From the NCBI GenBank assembly GCA_964016885.1, contig OZ024742.1, forward strand, positions 199,330,001 to 199,394,000: 64,000 nucleotides of DNA, written 5' to 3'. Below, in pieces: positions 51,273 to 63,891 of this stretch. The translations under genes were made by a program, and so were the position numbers. This DNA is from Eledone cirrhosa. Taxonomy: Eukaryota. The stretch's first letter is position 1. Each line of letters starts with the position of its first letter. The notes under the pieces were generated by a model. It saw only the letters and a program-made list of their open reading frames with translations, made no database searches and was not told the DNA's origin.

Positions 51273-52478
51273 AGGCGAATGAATTATTGTGGAAGTTTGC
51301 ACTATATCTCATTCAAACGCCAACTCTCTTAAACAGCTACTGACACACACACACCACACTGTGGTCTAGTCAGTCTTACTTGCTGCATTGCCAATCTGAC
51401 GGAATCCTATGTTATAGAAACACTCTGCAACTTCTGCAATTCTCACAGCCATATACGTCTCTTGCAATTATGATTTAACTCCTGCTGTTGTGATCAACTC
51501 ATCGAGTTTCTTGAAGGCATCACCCGGATCACTGATGGCGGCTCATGAGTGGATGTTTTTTTCCTTGACCTTGCCAAAGCTTTTAATTCTGTTCCACACA
51601 AAAATAATTATGGTAATACTCTCTGCAAAGGGGTGAAGAGATGATCTTTTTAACTGGTTGAAGTTCTTCTTTCTCAGTTAAAAAGAGGCAGTCGCGGTGC
51701 TAGGACAGCATGCTTCACCCTATGAGATGTCATCTGGTGTACAGCAGAGATCTGTTGTTGGTCCACTTTGGTTTGTTGTATATATTAATGACATCGATGT
51801 CAACTTCCTGAATGCTACAATGATGAAATACGCAAATGACATCAAGCTGTATCTTGAGATAAAAAGGGCAGAACCTGAACACTATAGATCTTTCCTGTAA
51901 TCAGACCTGGACACAATGCAGCAATGGATCACGGACTGACAACTCAAGCTGGCTGTGGACAAGTGTACCACCATGCATTTTGGGAGGAAAACCCAACGTT
52001 CGCATACTCCCTTCACAACACTAATATCGAGAAGTGTTCTTGTGAACGTGACCTGGGCATTACTGTCGGCAGCGGTTGGCGTTAGACAAAGCACTCCTCT
52101 AAAACTGTCAAGAAGGCCGAGAGTGTGTTGGCGTCACTCAGTAAGACCTTTGTCAGTCTCTCTCCAGCTATTTATTTAAAGCTGTATATAGCTATGATGC
52201 GGCCGCACTTAGAATTTGCAACACCAGTCTGGAACCCCTATCCTGCTCAGTACATTGACCTCCTGGAAACTGTTCTAAGACGTGCAATCAAGCGAATACC
52301 TTTCACCAGGCATCTACCATACTCTGAACGCTTGGTTCCCTGGGCATATCAACTGACTTGAAAAACACCCACAAATTTATTAACCATCTTTCCAACATCA
52401 ACCTGGAGCACCTTTTTGAGGTAGCCAAAAAAAAAAAAAGATTATTTTGGACTAATGAAAATTATTGCGTAAAGTATG

Positions 52479-52572
52479 TGCTCTAGGTGAGGATTGAAAT
52501 CACGACCTTCAGATTTCTCTGATTTCAGATTGTATTTTGAGACTGACGTACTGCCTACTGCAATACCAATGC
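52479..52572 (-). pseudogene. tRNA-Met-body copy 13 with anticodon CAA
   Basis: As copy 11. Confidence 0.75.
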
Positions 52573-52595
52573 AACTGAAATAAAATAAAATAGAA

Positions 52596-52667
52596 AGGGG
52601 ACACCCGGGATTGAACCAGGGACCTCTCGATCTGCAGTCGAATGCTCTACCACTGAGCTATATCCCC
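52596..52667 (-). tRNA. tRNA-Cys(GCA) copy 13
   Basis: Consensus. Confidence 0.95.
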
Positions 52668-53855
52668 AGGTGAATGAAGTGTTGTGGGAGTTTTCGCTAT
52701 ATCTCATTCAAACGCCAACTCTCTTAAACAGCTACTGACACACACACACCACACTGTCGTCCAGTCAGTCTTACTTGCTGCATTGCCAAACTGACGGAAT
52801 CCTGTGTTGTAGAAACACTCTGCAACTTCTGCAATTCTCACGGTCATATCCGTCTCTTGCAATTTGGATTTAGCTCCAGCTGCCGTGATCAACTCATCGA
52901 GTTTCTTGAAGGCATCACCCGGATCACTGATGGCGGCTCATGAGTGGATGGTGTTTTCCTTGACTTTGCTAAAGCTTTTAGTCTGTTCCACACAAAACAC
53001 TTATGGTAAAACTCTCTGCAAAGAGGGTGAAAAGATTATCTTTTTAACTGGTTGAAGTTCTTCATTCTCAGTTAAAAAGAGGTAGTCGCGGTGCTCGGAC
53101 AGCATGCTTCTCCCTATGAAATGTCATCTGGTGTACAGCAGAGATCTGTTGTTCGTCTCCTTTGGTATGTTGTATATATTAATAACATCGATGTCAACTT
53201 CAAGAATGCTACAATGATGAAATACGCAGATGACATCAAGCTGTATCTTGAGATATCAGACCTGGACACAATGCAGCAATGGATCACGGACTTGCAACTC
53301 AAGCTGGCTGTGGACAAGTGTACCACCATGCATTTTGGGAGGAAAACCCAACGTTCGCATACTCCCTCCACAACACTAATATCAAGAAGTGTTCTTGTGA
53401 ACGTGACCTGGGCATGACTGTCGGCAGCGGTTGGCGTTAGACAAAGCACTCCTCTAAAACTGTCAAGAAGGCCGAGAGTGTGTTGGCGTCACTCAGTAAG
53501 ACCTTTGTCAGTCGCTCTCCAGCTATTTATTTAAAGCTGTATATAGCTATCATGCGGCCACACTTAGAATTTGCAACACCAGTCAGGAACCCCTATCCTG
53601 CTCAGAACATTGACCTGCTGGAAACTGTTCTAAGACGTGCAATCAAGCGAACACCCTCCATCAGGCATTTACCATACTCTGAACGCTTTGTTCCCTGGGC
53701 ATGTCAACTGACTTGATAAACACCCACAAAATTATTAACCATCTTTCCAACATCAACCTGGAGCACCTTTTTGAATTCCATGTGTCTAACACACGTGGTA
53801 GCCAAAAAAAAAAAAAAATTATTTTGGATTAATTAAAATTATTGCGTAAAGTATT

Positions 53856-53949
53856 TGCTCTAGGTGAGGATTGAAATCGCGACCTTCAGATTTCTCTGAT
53901 TTCAGATTGCATTATGAGACTGACGTACTACCTACTGCAATACCAATGC
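53856..53949 (-). pseudogene. tRNA-Met-like, intron, copy 14
   Basis: As copy 10. Confidence 0.75.
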
Positions 53950-53972
53950 AACTGAAATAAAATAAAATAGAA

Positions 53973-54044
53973 AGGGGACACCCGGGATTGAACCAGGGAC
54001 TTCTCGATCTGCAGTCGAATGCTCTACCACTGAGCTATATCCCC
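53973..54044 (-). tRNA. tRNA-Cys(GCA) copy 14
   Basis: As copy 10. Confidence 0.9.
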
Positions 54045-55248
54045 AGGCGAATGAATTATTGTGGAAGTTTTCACTATATCTCATTCAAACGCCAATTCTC
54101 TTAAACAGCTAATGACACACACCACACTGTAGTCTAGTCAGTCTTACTTGCTGCATTGCCAATCTGACGAAATCCTGTGTTATAGAAACACTCTGCAACT
54201 TCTGCAATTCTCACAGCCATATACGTCTCTTGCAAATATGATTTAACTCCTGCTGCTGTGATCAACTCATCGAGTTTCTTGAAGGCATCACCCGGATCAC
54301 TGATGGCGGCTCATGAGTGGATGTTTTTTTCCTTGACCTTGCTAAAGCTTTTAATTCTGTTCCACACAAAAATAATTATGGTAAAACTCTCTGAAAAAAT
54401 GGGTGAAGAGATGATCTTTTTAACTGGTTGAAGTTCTTCTTTCTCAGTTAAAAAGAGGCAGTCGCGGTGCTAGGACAGCATGCTTCACCCTATGAGATGT
54501 CATCTGGTGTACAGCAGAGATCTGTTGTTGGTACACTTTGGTTTGTTGTATATATTAATGACATCGATGTCAACTTCCTGAATGCTACAATGATGAAATA
54601 CGCAGATGACATCAAGCTGTATCTTGAGATAAAAAGGGCAGAACCTGAACACTATAGATCTTTCCTGTAATCAGACCTGGACACAATGCAGCAATGGATC
54701 ACGGACTGACAACTCAAGCTGGCTGTGGACAAGTGTACCACCATGCATTTTGGGAGGAAAACCCAACGTTCGCATACTCCCTTCACAACACTAATATCGA
54801 GAAGTGTTCTTGTGAACGTGACCTGGGCATTACTGTCGGCAGCGGTTGGCGTTAGACAAAGCACTCCTCTAAAACTGTCAAGAAGGCCGAGAGTGTGTTG
54901 GCGTCACTCAGTAAGACCTTTGTCAGTCTCTCTCCAGCTATTTATTTAAAGCTGTATATAGCTATGATGCGGCCGCACTTAGAATTTGCAACACCAGTCT
55001 GGAACCCCTATCCTGCTCAGTACATTGACCTCCTGGAAACTGTTCTAAGACGTGCAATCAAGCGAATACCTTTCACCAGGCATCTACCATACTCTGAACG
55101 CTTGGTTCCCTGGGCATATCAACTGACTTGAAAAACACCCACAAATTTATTAACCATCTTTCCAACATCAACCTGGAGCACCTTTTTGAGGTAGCCAAAA
55201 AAAAAAAAAGATTATTTTGGACTAATGAAAATTATTGCGTAAAGTATG

Positions 55249-55342
55249 TGCTCTAGGTGAGGATTGAAATCACGACCTTCAGATTTCTCTGATTTCAGAT
55301 TGTATTTTGAGACTGACGTACTGCCTACTGCAATACCAATGC
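55249..55342 (-). pseudogene. tRNA-Met-body copy 15 with anticodon CAA
   Basis: As copy 11. Confidence 0.75.
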
Positions 55343-55365
55343 AACTGAAATAAAATAAAATAGAA

Positions 55366-55437
55366 AGGGGACACCCGGGATTGAACCAGGGACCTCTCGA
55401 TCTGCAGTCGAATGCTCTACCACTGAGCTATATCCCC
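55366..55437 (-). tRNA. tRNA-Cys(GCA) copy 15
   Basis: Consensus. Confidence 0.95.
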
Positions 55438-56664
55438 AGGTGAATGAAGTGTTGTGGGAGTTTTCGCTATATCTCATTCAAACGCCAACTCTCTTAAACA
55501 GCTACTGACAAGCACACACCACACTGTCGTCCAGTCAGTCTTACTTGCTGCATTGCCAAACTGACGGAATCCTGTGTTGTAGAAACACTCTGCAACTTCT
55601 GCAATTCTCACGGTCATATCCGTCTCTTGCAATTTGGATTTAGCTCCAGCTGCCGTGATCAACTCATCGAGTTTCTTGAAGGCATCACCCGGATCACTGA
55701 TGGCGGCTCATGAGTGGATGGTGTTTTCCTTGACTTTGCTAAAGCTTTTAGTCTGTTCCACACAAAACACTTATGGTAAAACTCTCTGCAAAGGGGTGAA
55801 AAGATTATCTTTTTAACTGGTTGAAGTTCTTCATTCTCAGTTAAAAAGAGGTAGTCGCGGTGCTCGGACAGCATGCTTCGCCCTTTGAGATGTCATCTGA
55901 TGTACAGCAGAGATCTGTTGTTGGTCCCCTTTGGTTTGTTGTATATATTAATGTCATAGATGTCAACTTAAGAATGCTACAATGATGAAATACGCAGATG
56001 ACATCAAGCTGTATCTCGAGATAAAAAGGGCAGATTCTGAACACTATAGATCTTTCTTGTAACCAGACCTGGACACAATGCAGCAATGGATCACGGACTG
56101 GCAACTCAAGCTGGCTTTGGACACGTGTACCACCATGCATTTTGGGAGGAAAACCCAAAGTTCGCATACTCCCTCCACAACACTAATATCAAGAAATGTT
56201 CTTGTGAACGTGACCTGGGCATTATGTCGGCAGCGGTTTGCGTTGGACAAAGCACACCTTTAAAATTGTCAAGAAGGCCGAGAGCGTCTTGGCGTCACTC
56301 AGTAAGACCTTTGTCAGTCGCTCTCCAGCTATTTATTTAAAGCTGTATATAGCTATGATGCGGCCACATTTAGAATTTGAAACTCCAGTCTGGAACCCCT
56401 ATCCTGCTCAGAACATTGAGCTCCTGGAAACTGTTCTAAGACGTGCAATCAAGCGAATACCTTTCACCAGGCATCTACCATACTCTGAACGCTTGGTTCC
56501 CTGGGCATGTAAACTCTTTTGATAAACACCCACAAAATTATTAACCATCTTTCCAACATCAACCTGGAGCACCTTTTTGAATTCCATGTGTCTAACACAC
56601 GTGGTAGCCAAAAAAAAAAAAAAAAAATTATTTTGGATTAATGAAAATTATTGCGTAAAGTATG

Positions 56665-56758
56665 TGCTCTAGGTGAGGATTGAAATCGCGACCTTCAGAT
56701 TTCTCTGATTTCAGATTGCATTATGAGACTGACGTACTACCTACTGCAATACCAATGC
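56665..56758 (-). pseudogene. tRNA-Met-like, intron, copy 16
   Basis: As copy 12. Confidence 0.75.
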
Positions 56759-56781
56759 AACTGAAATAAAATAAAATAGAA

Positions 56782-56853
56782 AGGGGACACCCGGGATTGA
56801 ACCAGGGACCTCTCGATCTGCAGTCGAATGCTCTACCACTGAGCTATATCCCC
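56782..56853 (-). tRNA. tRNA-Cys(GCA) copy 16
   Basis: Consensus. Confidence 0.95.
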
Positions 56854-58059
56854 AGGCGAATGAATTATTGTGGAAGTTTGCACTATATCTCATTCAAACG
56901 CCAACTCTCTTAAACAGCTACTGACACACACACACCACACTGTGGTCTAGTCAGTCTTACTTGCTGCATTGCCAATCTGACGGAATCCTATGTTATAGAA
57001 ACACTCTGCAACTTCTGCAATTCTCACAGCCATATACGTCTCTTGCAATTATGATTTAACTCCTGCTGTTGTGATCAACTCATCGAGTTTCTTGAAGGCA
57101 TCACCCGGATCACTGATGGCGGCTCATGAGTGGATGTTTTTTTCCTTGACCTTGCCAAAGCTTTTAATTCTGTTCCACACAAAAATAATTATGGTAATAC
57201 TCTCTGCAAAGGGGTGAAGAGATGATCTTTTTAACTGGTTGAAGTTCTTCTTTCTCAGTTAAAAAGAGGCAGTCGCGGTGCTAGGACAGCATGCTTCACC
57301 CTATGAGATGTCATCTGGTGTACAGCAGAGATCTGTTGTTGGTCCACTTTGGTTTGTTGTATATATTAATGACATCGATGTCAACTTCCTGAATGCTACA
57401 ATGATGAAATACGCAAATGACATCAAGCTGTATCTTGAGATAAAAAGGGCAGAACCTGAACACTATAGATCTTTCCTGTAATCAGACCTGGACACAATGC
57501 AGCAATGGATCACGGACTGACAACTCAAGCTGGCTGTGGACAAGTGTACCACCATGCATTTTGGGAGGAAAACCCAACGTTCGCATACTCCCTTCACAAC
57601 ACTAATATCGAGAAGTGTTCTTGTGAACGTGACCTGGGCATTACTGTCGGCAGCGGTTGGCGTTAGACAAAGCACTCCTCTAAAACTGTCAAGAAGGCCG
57701 AGAGTGTGTTGGCGTCACTCAGTAAGACCTTTGTCAGTCTCTCTCCAGCTATTTATTTAAAGCTGTATATAGCTATGATGCGGCCGCACTTAGAATTTGC
57801 AACACCAGTCTGGAACCCCTATCCTGCTCAGTACATTGACCTCCTGGAAACTGTTCTAAGACGTGCAATCAAGCGAATACCTTTCACCAGGCATCTACCA
57901 TACTCTGAACGCTTGGTTCCCTGGGCATATCAACTGACTTGAAAAACACCCACAAATTTATTAACCATCTTTCCAACATCAACCTGGAGCACCTTTTTGA
58001 GGTAGCCAAAAAAAAAAAAAGATTATTTTGGACTAATGAAAATTATTGCGTAAAGTATG

Positions 58060-58153
58060 TGCTCTAGGTGAGGATTGAAATCACGACCTTCAGATTTCTC
58101 TGATTTCAGATTGTATTTTGAGACTGACGTACTGCCTACTGCAATACCAATGC
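58060..58153 (-). pseudogene. tRNA-Met-body copy 17 with anticodon CAA
   Basis: As copy 11. Confidence 0.75.
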
Positions 58154-58176
58154 AACTGAAATAAAATAAAATAGAA

Positions 58177-58248
58177 AGGGGACACCCGGGATTGAACCAG
58201 GGACCTCTCGATCTGCAGTCGAATGCTCTACCACTGAGCTATATCCCC
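58177..58248 (-). tRNA. tRNA-Cys(GCA) copy 17
   Basis: Consensus. Confidence 0.95.
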
Positions 58249-59475
58249 AGGTGAATGAAGTGTTGTGGGAGTTTTCGCTATATCTCATTCAAACGCCAAC
58301 TCTCTTAAACAGCTACTGACACACACACACCACACTGTCGTCCAGTCAGTCTTACTTGCTGCATTGCCAAACTGACGGAATCCTGTGTTGTAGAAACACT
58401 CTGCAACTTCTGCAATTCTCACGGTCATATCCGTCTCTTGCAATTTGGATTTAGCTCCAGCTGCCGTGATCAACTCATCGAGTTTCTTGAAGGCATCACC
58501 CGGATCACTGATGGCGGCTCATGAGTGGATGGTGTTTTCCTTGACTTTGCTAAAGCTTTTAGTCTGTTCCACACAAAACACTTATGGTAAAACTCTCTGC
58601 AAAGGGGTGAAAAGATTATCTTTTTAACTGGTTGAAGTTCTTCATTCTCAGTTAAAAAGAGGTAGTCGCGGTGCTCGGACAGCATGCTTCGCCCTTTGAG
58701 ATGTCATCTGATGTACAGCAGAGATCTGTTGTTGGTCCCCTTTGGTTTGTTGTATATATTAATGTCATAGATGTCAACTTAAGAATGCTACAATGATGAA
58801 ATACGCAGATGACATCAAGCTGTATCTCGAGATAAAAAGGGCAGATTCTGAACACTATAGATCTTTCTTGTAACCAGACCTGGACACAATGCAGCAATGG
58901 ATCACGGACTGGCAACTCAAGCTGGCTTTGGACAGGTGTACCACCATGCATTTTGGGAGGAAAACCCAAAGTTCGCATACTCCCTCCACAACACTAATAT
59001 CAAGAAATGTTCTTGTGAACGTGACCTGGGCATTATGTCGGCAGCGGTTTGCGTTGGACAAAGCACACCTTTAAAATTGTCAAGAAGGCCGAGAGCGTCT
59101 TGGCGTCACTCAGTAAGACCTTTGTCAGTCGCTCTCCAGCTATTTATTTAAAGCTGTATATAGCTATGATGCGGCCACATTTAGAATTTGAAACTCCAGT
59201 CTGGAACCCCTATCCTGCTCAGAACATTGAGCTCCTGGAAACTGTTCTAAGACGTGCAATCAAGCGAATACCTTTCACCAGGCATCTACCATACTCTGAA
59301 CGCTTGGTTCCCTGGGCATGTAAACTCTTTTGATAAACACCCACAAAATTATTAACCATCTTTCCAACATCAACCTGGAGCACCTTTTTGAATTCCATGT
59401 GTCTAACACACGTGGTAGCCAAAAAAAAAAAAAAAAAATTATTTTGGATTAATGAAAATTATTGCGTAAAGTATG

Positions 59476-59569
59476 TGCTCTAGGTGAGGATTGAAATCGC
59501 GACCTTCAGATTTCTCTGATTTCAGATTGCATTATGAGACTGACGTACTACCTACTGCAATACCAATGC
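59476..59569 (-). pseudogene. tRNA-Met-like, intron, copy 18
   Basis: As copy 12. Confidence 0.75.
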
Positions 59570-59592
59570 AACTGAAATAAAATAAAATAGAA

Positions 59593-59664
59593 AGGGGACA
59601 CCCGGGATTGAACCAGGGACCTCTCGATCTGCAGTCGAATGCTCTACCACTGAGCTATATCCCC
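59593..59664 (-). tRNA. tRNA-Cys(GCA) copy 18
   Basis: Consensus. Confidence 0.95.
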
Positions 59665-60870
59665 AGGCGAATGAATTATTGTGGAAGTTTGCACTATATC
59701 TCATTCAAACGCCAACTCTCTTAAACAGCTACTGACACACACACACCACACTGTGGTCTAGTCAGTCTTACTTGCTGCATTGCCAATCTGACGGAATCCT
59801 GTGTTATAGAAACACTCTGCAACTTCTGCAATTCTCACAGCCATATACGTCTCTTGCAATTATGATTTAACTCCTGCTGTTGTGATCAACTCATCGAGTT
59901 TCTTGAAGGCATCACCCGGATCACTGATGGCGGCTCATGAGTGGATGTTTTTTTCCTTGACCTTGCCAAAGCTTTTAATTCTGTTCCACACAAAAATAAT
60001 TATGGTAATACTCTCTGCAAAGGGGTGAAGAGATGATCTTTTTAACTGGTTGAAGTTCTTCTTTCTCAGTTAAAAAGAGGCAGTCGCGGTGCTAGGACAG
60101 CATGCTTCACCCTATGAGATGTCATCTGGTGTACAGCAGAGATCTGTTGTTGGTCCACTTTGGTTTGTTGTATATATTAATGACATCGATGTCAACTTCC
60201 TGAATGCTACAATGATGAAATACGCAAATGACATCAAGCTGTATCTTGAGATAAAAAGGGCAGAACCTGAACACTATAGATCTTTCCTGTAATCAGACCT
60301 GGACACAATGCAGCAATGGATCACGGACTGACAACTCAAGCTGGCTGTGGACAAGTGTACCACCATGCATTTTGGGAGGAAAACCCAACGTTCGCATACT
60401 CCCTTCACAACACTAATATCGAGAAGTGTTCTTGTGAACGTGACCTGGGCATTACTGTCGGCAGCGGTTGGCGTTAGACAAAGCACTCCTCTAAAACTGT
60501 CAACAAGGCCGAGAGTGTGTTGGCGTCACTCAGTAAGACCTTTGTCAGTCTCTCTCCAGCTATTTATTTAAAGCTGTATATAGCTATGATGCGGCCGCAC
60601 TTAGAATTTGCAACACCAGTCAGGAACCCCTATCCTGCTCAGTACATTGACCTCCTGGAAACTGTTCTAAGACGTGCAATCAAGCGAACACCCTCCATCA
60701 GGCATCTACCATACTCTGAACGCTTGGTTCCCTGGGCATATCAACTGACTTGATAAACACCCACAAATTTATTAACCATCTTTCCAACATCAACCTGGAG
60801 CACCTTTTTGAGGTAGCCAAAAAAAAAAAAAGATTATTTTGGACTAATGAAAATTATTGCGTAAAGTATG

Positions 60871-60964
60871 TGCTCTAGGTGAGGATTGAAATCACGACCT
60901 TCAGATTTCTCTGATTTCAGATTGTATTATGAGACTGACGTACTGCCTACTGCAATACCAATGC
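60871..60964 (-). pseudogene. tRNA-Met-like, intron, copy 19 (CAT)
   Basis: Copy-11-type flanks but CAT anticodon. Confidence 0.75.
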
Positions 60965-60987
60965 AACTGAAATAAAATAAAATAGAA

Positions 60988-61059
60988 AGGGGACACCCGG
61001 GATTGAACCAGGGACCTCTCGATCTGCAGTCGAATGCTCTACCACTGAGCTATATCCCC
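60988..61059 (-). tRNA. tRNA-Cys(GCA) copy 19
   Basis: Consensus. Confidence 0.95.
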
Positions 61060-62286
61060 AGGTGAATGAAGTGTTGTGGGAGTTTTCGCTATATCTCATT
61101 CAAACGCCAACTCTCTTAAACAGCTACTGACACACACACACCACACTGTCGTCCAGTCAGTCTTACTTGTTGCATTGCCAAACTGACGGAATCCTGTGTT
61201 GTAGAAACACTCTGCAACTTCTGCAATTCTCACGGTCATATCCGTCTCTTGCAATTTGGATTTAGCTCCAGCTGCCGTGATCAACTCATCGAGTTTCTTG
61301 AAGGCATCACCCGGATCACTGATGGCGGCTCATGAGTGGATGGTGTTTTCCTTGACTTTGCTAAAGCTTTTAGTCTGTTCCACACAAAACACTTATGGTA
61401 AAACTCTCTGCAAAGGGGTGAAAAGATTATCTTTTTAACTGGTTGAAGTTCTTCATTCTCAGTTAAAAAGAGGTAGTCGCGGTGCTCGGACAGCATGCTT
61501 CGCCCTTTGAGATGTCATCTGATGTACAGCAGAGATCTGTTGTTGGTCCCCTTTGGTTTGTTGTATATATTAATGTCATAGATGTCAACTTAAGAATGCT
61601 ACAATGATGAAATACGCAGATGACATCAAGCTGTATCTCGAGATAAAAAGGGCAGATTCTGAACACTATAGATCTTTCTTGTAACCAGACCTGGACACAA
61701 TGCAGCAATGGATCACGGACTGGCAACTCAAGCTGGCTTTGGACACGTGTACCACCATGCATTTTGGGAGGAAAACCCAAAGTTCGCATACTCCCTCCAC
61801 AACACTAATATCAAGAAATGTTCTTGTGAACGTGACCTGGGCATTATGTCGGCAGCGGTTTGCGTTGGACAAAGCACACCTTTAAAATTGTCAAGAAGGC
61901 CGAGAGCGTCTTGGCGTCACTCAGTAAGACCTTTGTCAGTCGCTCTCCAGCTATTTATTTAAAGCTGTATATAGCTATGATGCGGCCACATTTAGAATTT
62001 GAAACTCCAGTCTGGAACCCCTATCCTGCTCAGAACATTGAGCTCCTGGAAACTGTTCTAAGACGTGCAATCAAGCGAATACCTTTCACCAGGCATCTAC
62101 CATACTCTGAACGCTTGGTTCCCTGGGCATGTAAACTGTTTTGATAAACACCCACAAAATTATTAACCATCTTTCCAACATCAACCTGGAGCACCTTTTT
62201 GAATTCCATGTGTCTAACACACGTGGTAGCCAAAAAAAAAAAAAAAAAATTATTTTGGATTAATGAAAATTATTGCGTAAAGTATG

Positions 62287-62380
62287 TGCTCTAGGTGAGG
62301 ATTGAAATCGCGACCTTCAGATTTCTCTGATTTCAGATTGCATTATGAGACTGACGTACTACCTACTGCAATACCAATGC
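62287..62380 (-). pseudogene. tRNA-Met-like, intron, copy 20
   Basis: Repeat copy. Confidence 0.75.
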
Positions 62381-62403
62381 AACTGAAATAAAATAAAATA
62401 GAA

Positions 62404-62475
62404 AGGGGACACCCGGGATTGAACCAGGGACCTCTCGATCTGCAGTCGAATGCTCTACCACTGAGCTATATCCCC
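62404..62475 (-). tRNA. tRNA-Cys(GCA) copy 20
   Basis: Consensus. Confidence 0.95.
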
Positions 62476-63702
62476 AGGTGAATGAAGTGTTGTGGGAGTT
62501 TTCGCTATATCTCATTCAAACGCCAACTCTCTTAAACAGCTACTGACACACACACACCACACTGTCGTCCAGTCAGTCTTACTTGTTGCATTGCCAAACT
62601 GACGGAATCCTGTGTTGTAGAAACACTCTGCAACTTCTGCAATTCTCACGGTCATATCCGTCTCTTGCAATTTGGATTTAGCTCCAGCTGCCGTGATCAA
62701 CTCATCGAGTTTCTTGAAGGCATCACCCGGATCACTGATGGCGGCTCATGAGTGGATGGTGTTTTCCTTGACTTTGCTAAAGCTTTTAGTCTGTTCCACA
62801 CAAAACACTTATGGTAAAACTCTCTGCAAAGGGGTGAAAAGATTATCTTTTTAACTGGTTGAAGTTCTTCATTCTCAGTTAAAAAGAGGTAGTCGCGGTG
62901 CTCGGACAGCATGCTTCGCCCTTTGAGATGTCATCTGATGTACAGCAGAGATCTGTTGTTGGTCCCCTTTGGTTTGTTGTATATATTAATGTCATAGATG
63001 TCAACTTAAGAATGCTACAATGATGAAATACGCAGATGACATCAAGCTGTATCTCGAGATAAAAAGGGCAGATTCTGAACACTATAGATCTTTCTTGTAA
63101 CCAGACCTGGACACAATGCAGCAATGGATCACGGACTGGCAACTCAAGCTGGCTTTGGACACGTGTACCACCATGCATTTTGGGAGGAAAACCCAAAGTT
63201 CGCATACTCCCTCCACAACACTAATATCAAGAAATGTTCTTGTGAACGTGACCTGGGCATTATGTCGGCAGCGGTTTGCGTTGGACAAAGCACACCTTTA
63301 AAATTGTCAAGAAGGCCGAGAGCGTCTTGGCGTCACTCAGTAAGACCTTTGTCAGTCGCTCTCCAGCTATTTATTTAAAGCTGTATATAGCTATGATGCG
63401 GCCACATTTAGAATTTGAAACTCCAGTCTGGAACCCCTATCCTGCTCAGAACATTGAGCTCCTGGAAACTGTTCTAAGACGTGCAATCAAGCGAATACCT
63501 TTCACCAGGCATCTACCATACTCTGAACGCTTGGTTCCCTGGGCATGTAAACTGTTTTGATAAACACCCACAAAATTATTAACCATCTTTCCAACATCAA
63601 CCTGGAGCACCTTTTTGAATTCCATGTGTCTAACACACGTGGTAGCCAAAAAAAAAAAAAAAAAATTATTTTGGATTAATGAAAATTATTGCGTAAAGTA
63701 TG

Positions 63703-63796
63703 TGCTCTAGGTGAGGATTGAAATCGCGACCTTCAGATTTCTCTGATTTCAGATTGCATTATGAGACTGACGTACTACCTACTGCAATACCAATGC
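63703..63796 (-). pseudogene. tRNA-Met-like, intron, copy 21
   Basis: Repeat copy. Confidence 0.75.
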
Positions 63797-63819
63797 AACT
63801 GAAATAAAATAAAATAGAA

Positions 63820-63891
63820 AGGGGACACCCGGGATTGAACCAGGGACCTCTCGATCTGCAGTCGAATGCTCTACCACTGAGCTATATCCCC
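63820..63891 (-). tRNA. tRNA-Cys(GCA) copy 21
   Basis: Consensus. Confidence 0.95.

Noticed and set aside
36311-63649. Short repeated ORFs in the array as a protein family
   Set aside because: They are frame fragments or antisense readings of the broken CR1 RT.
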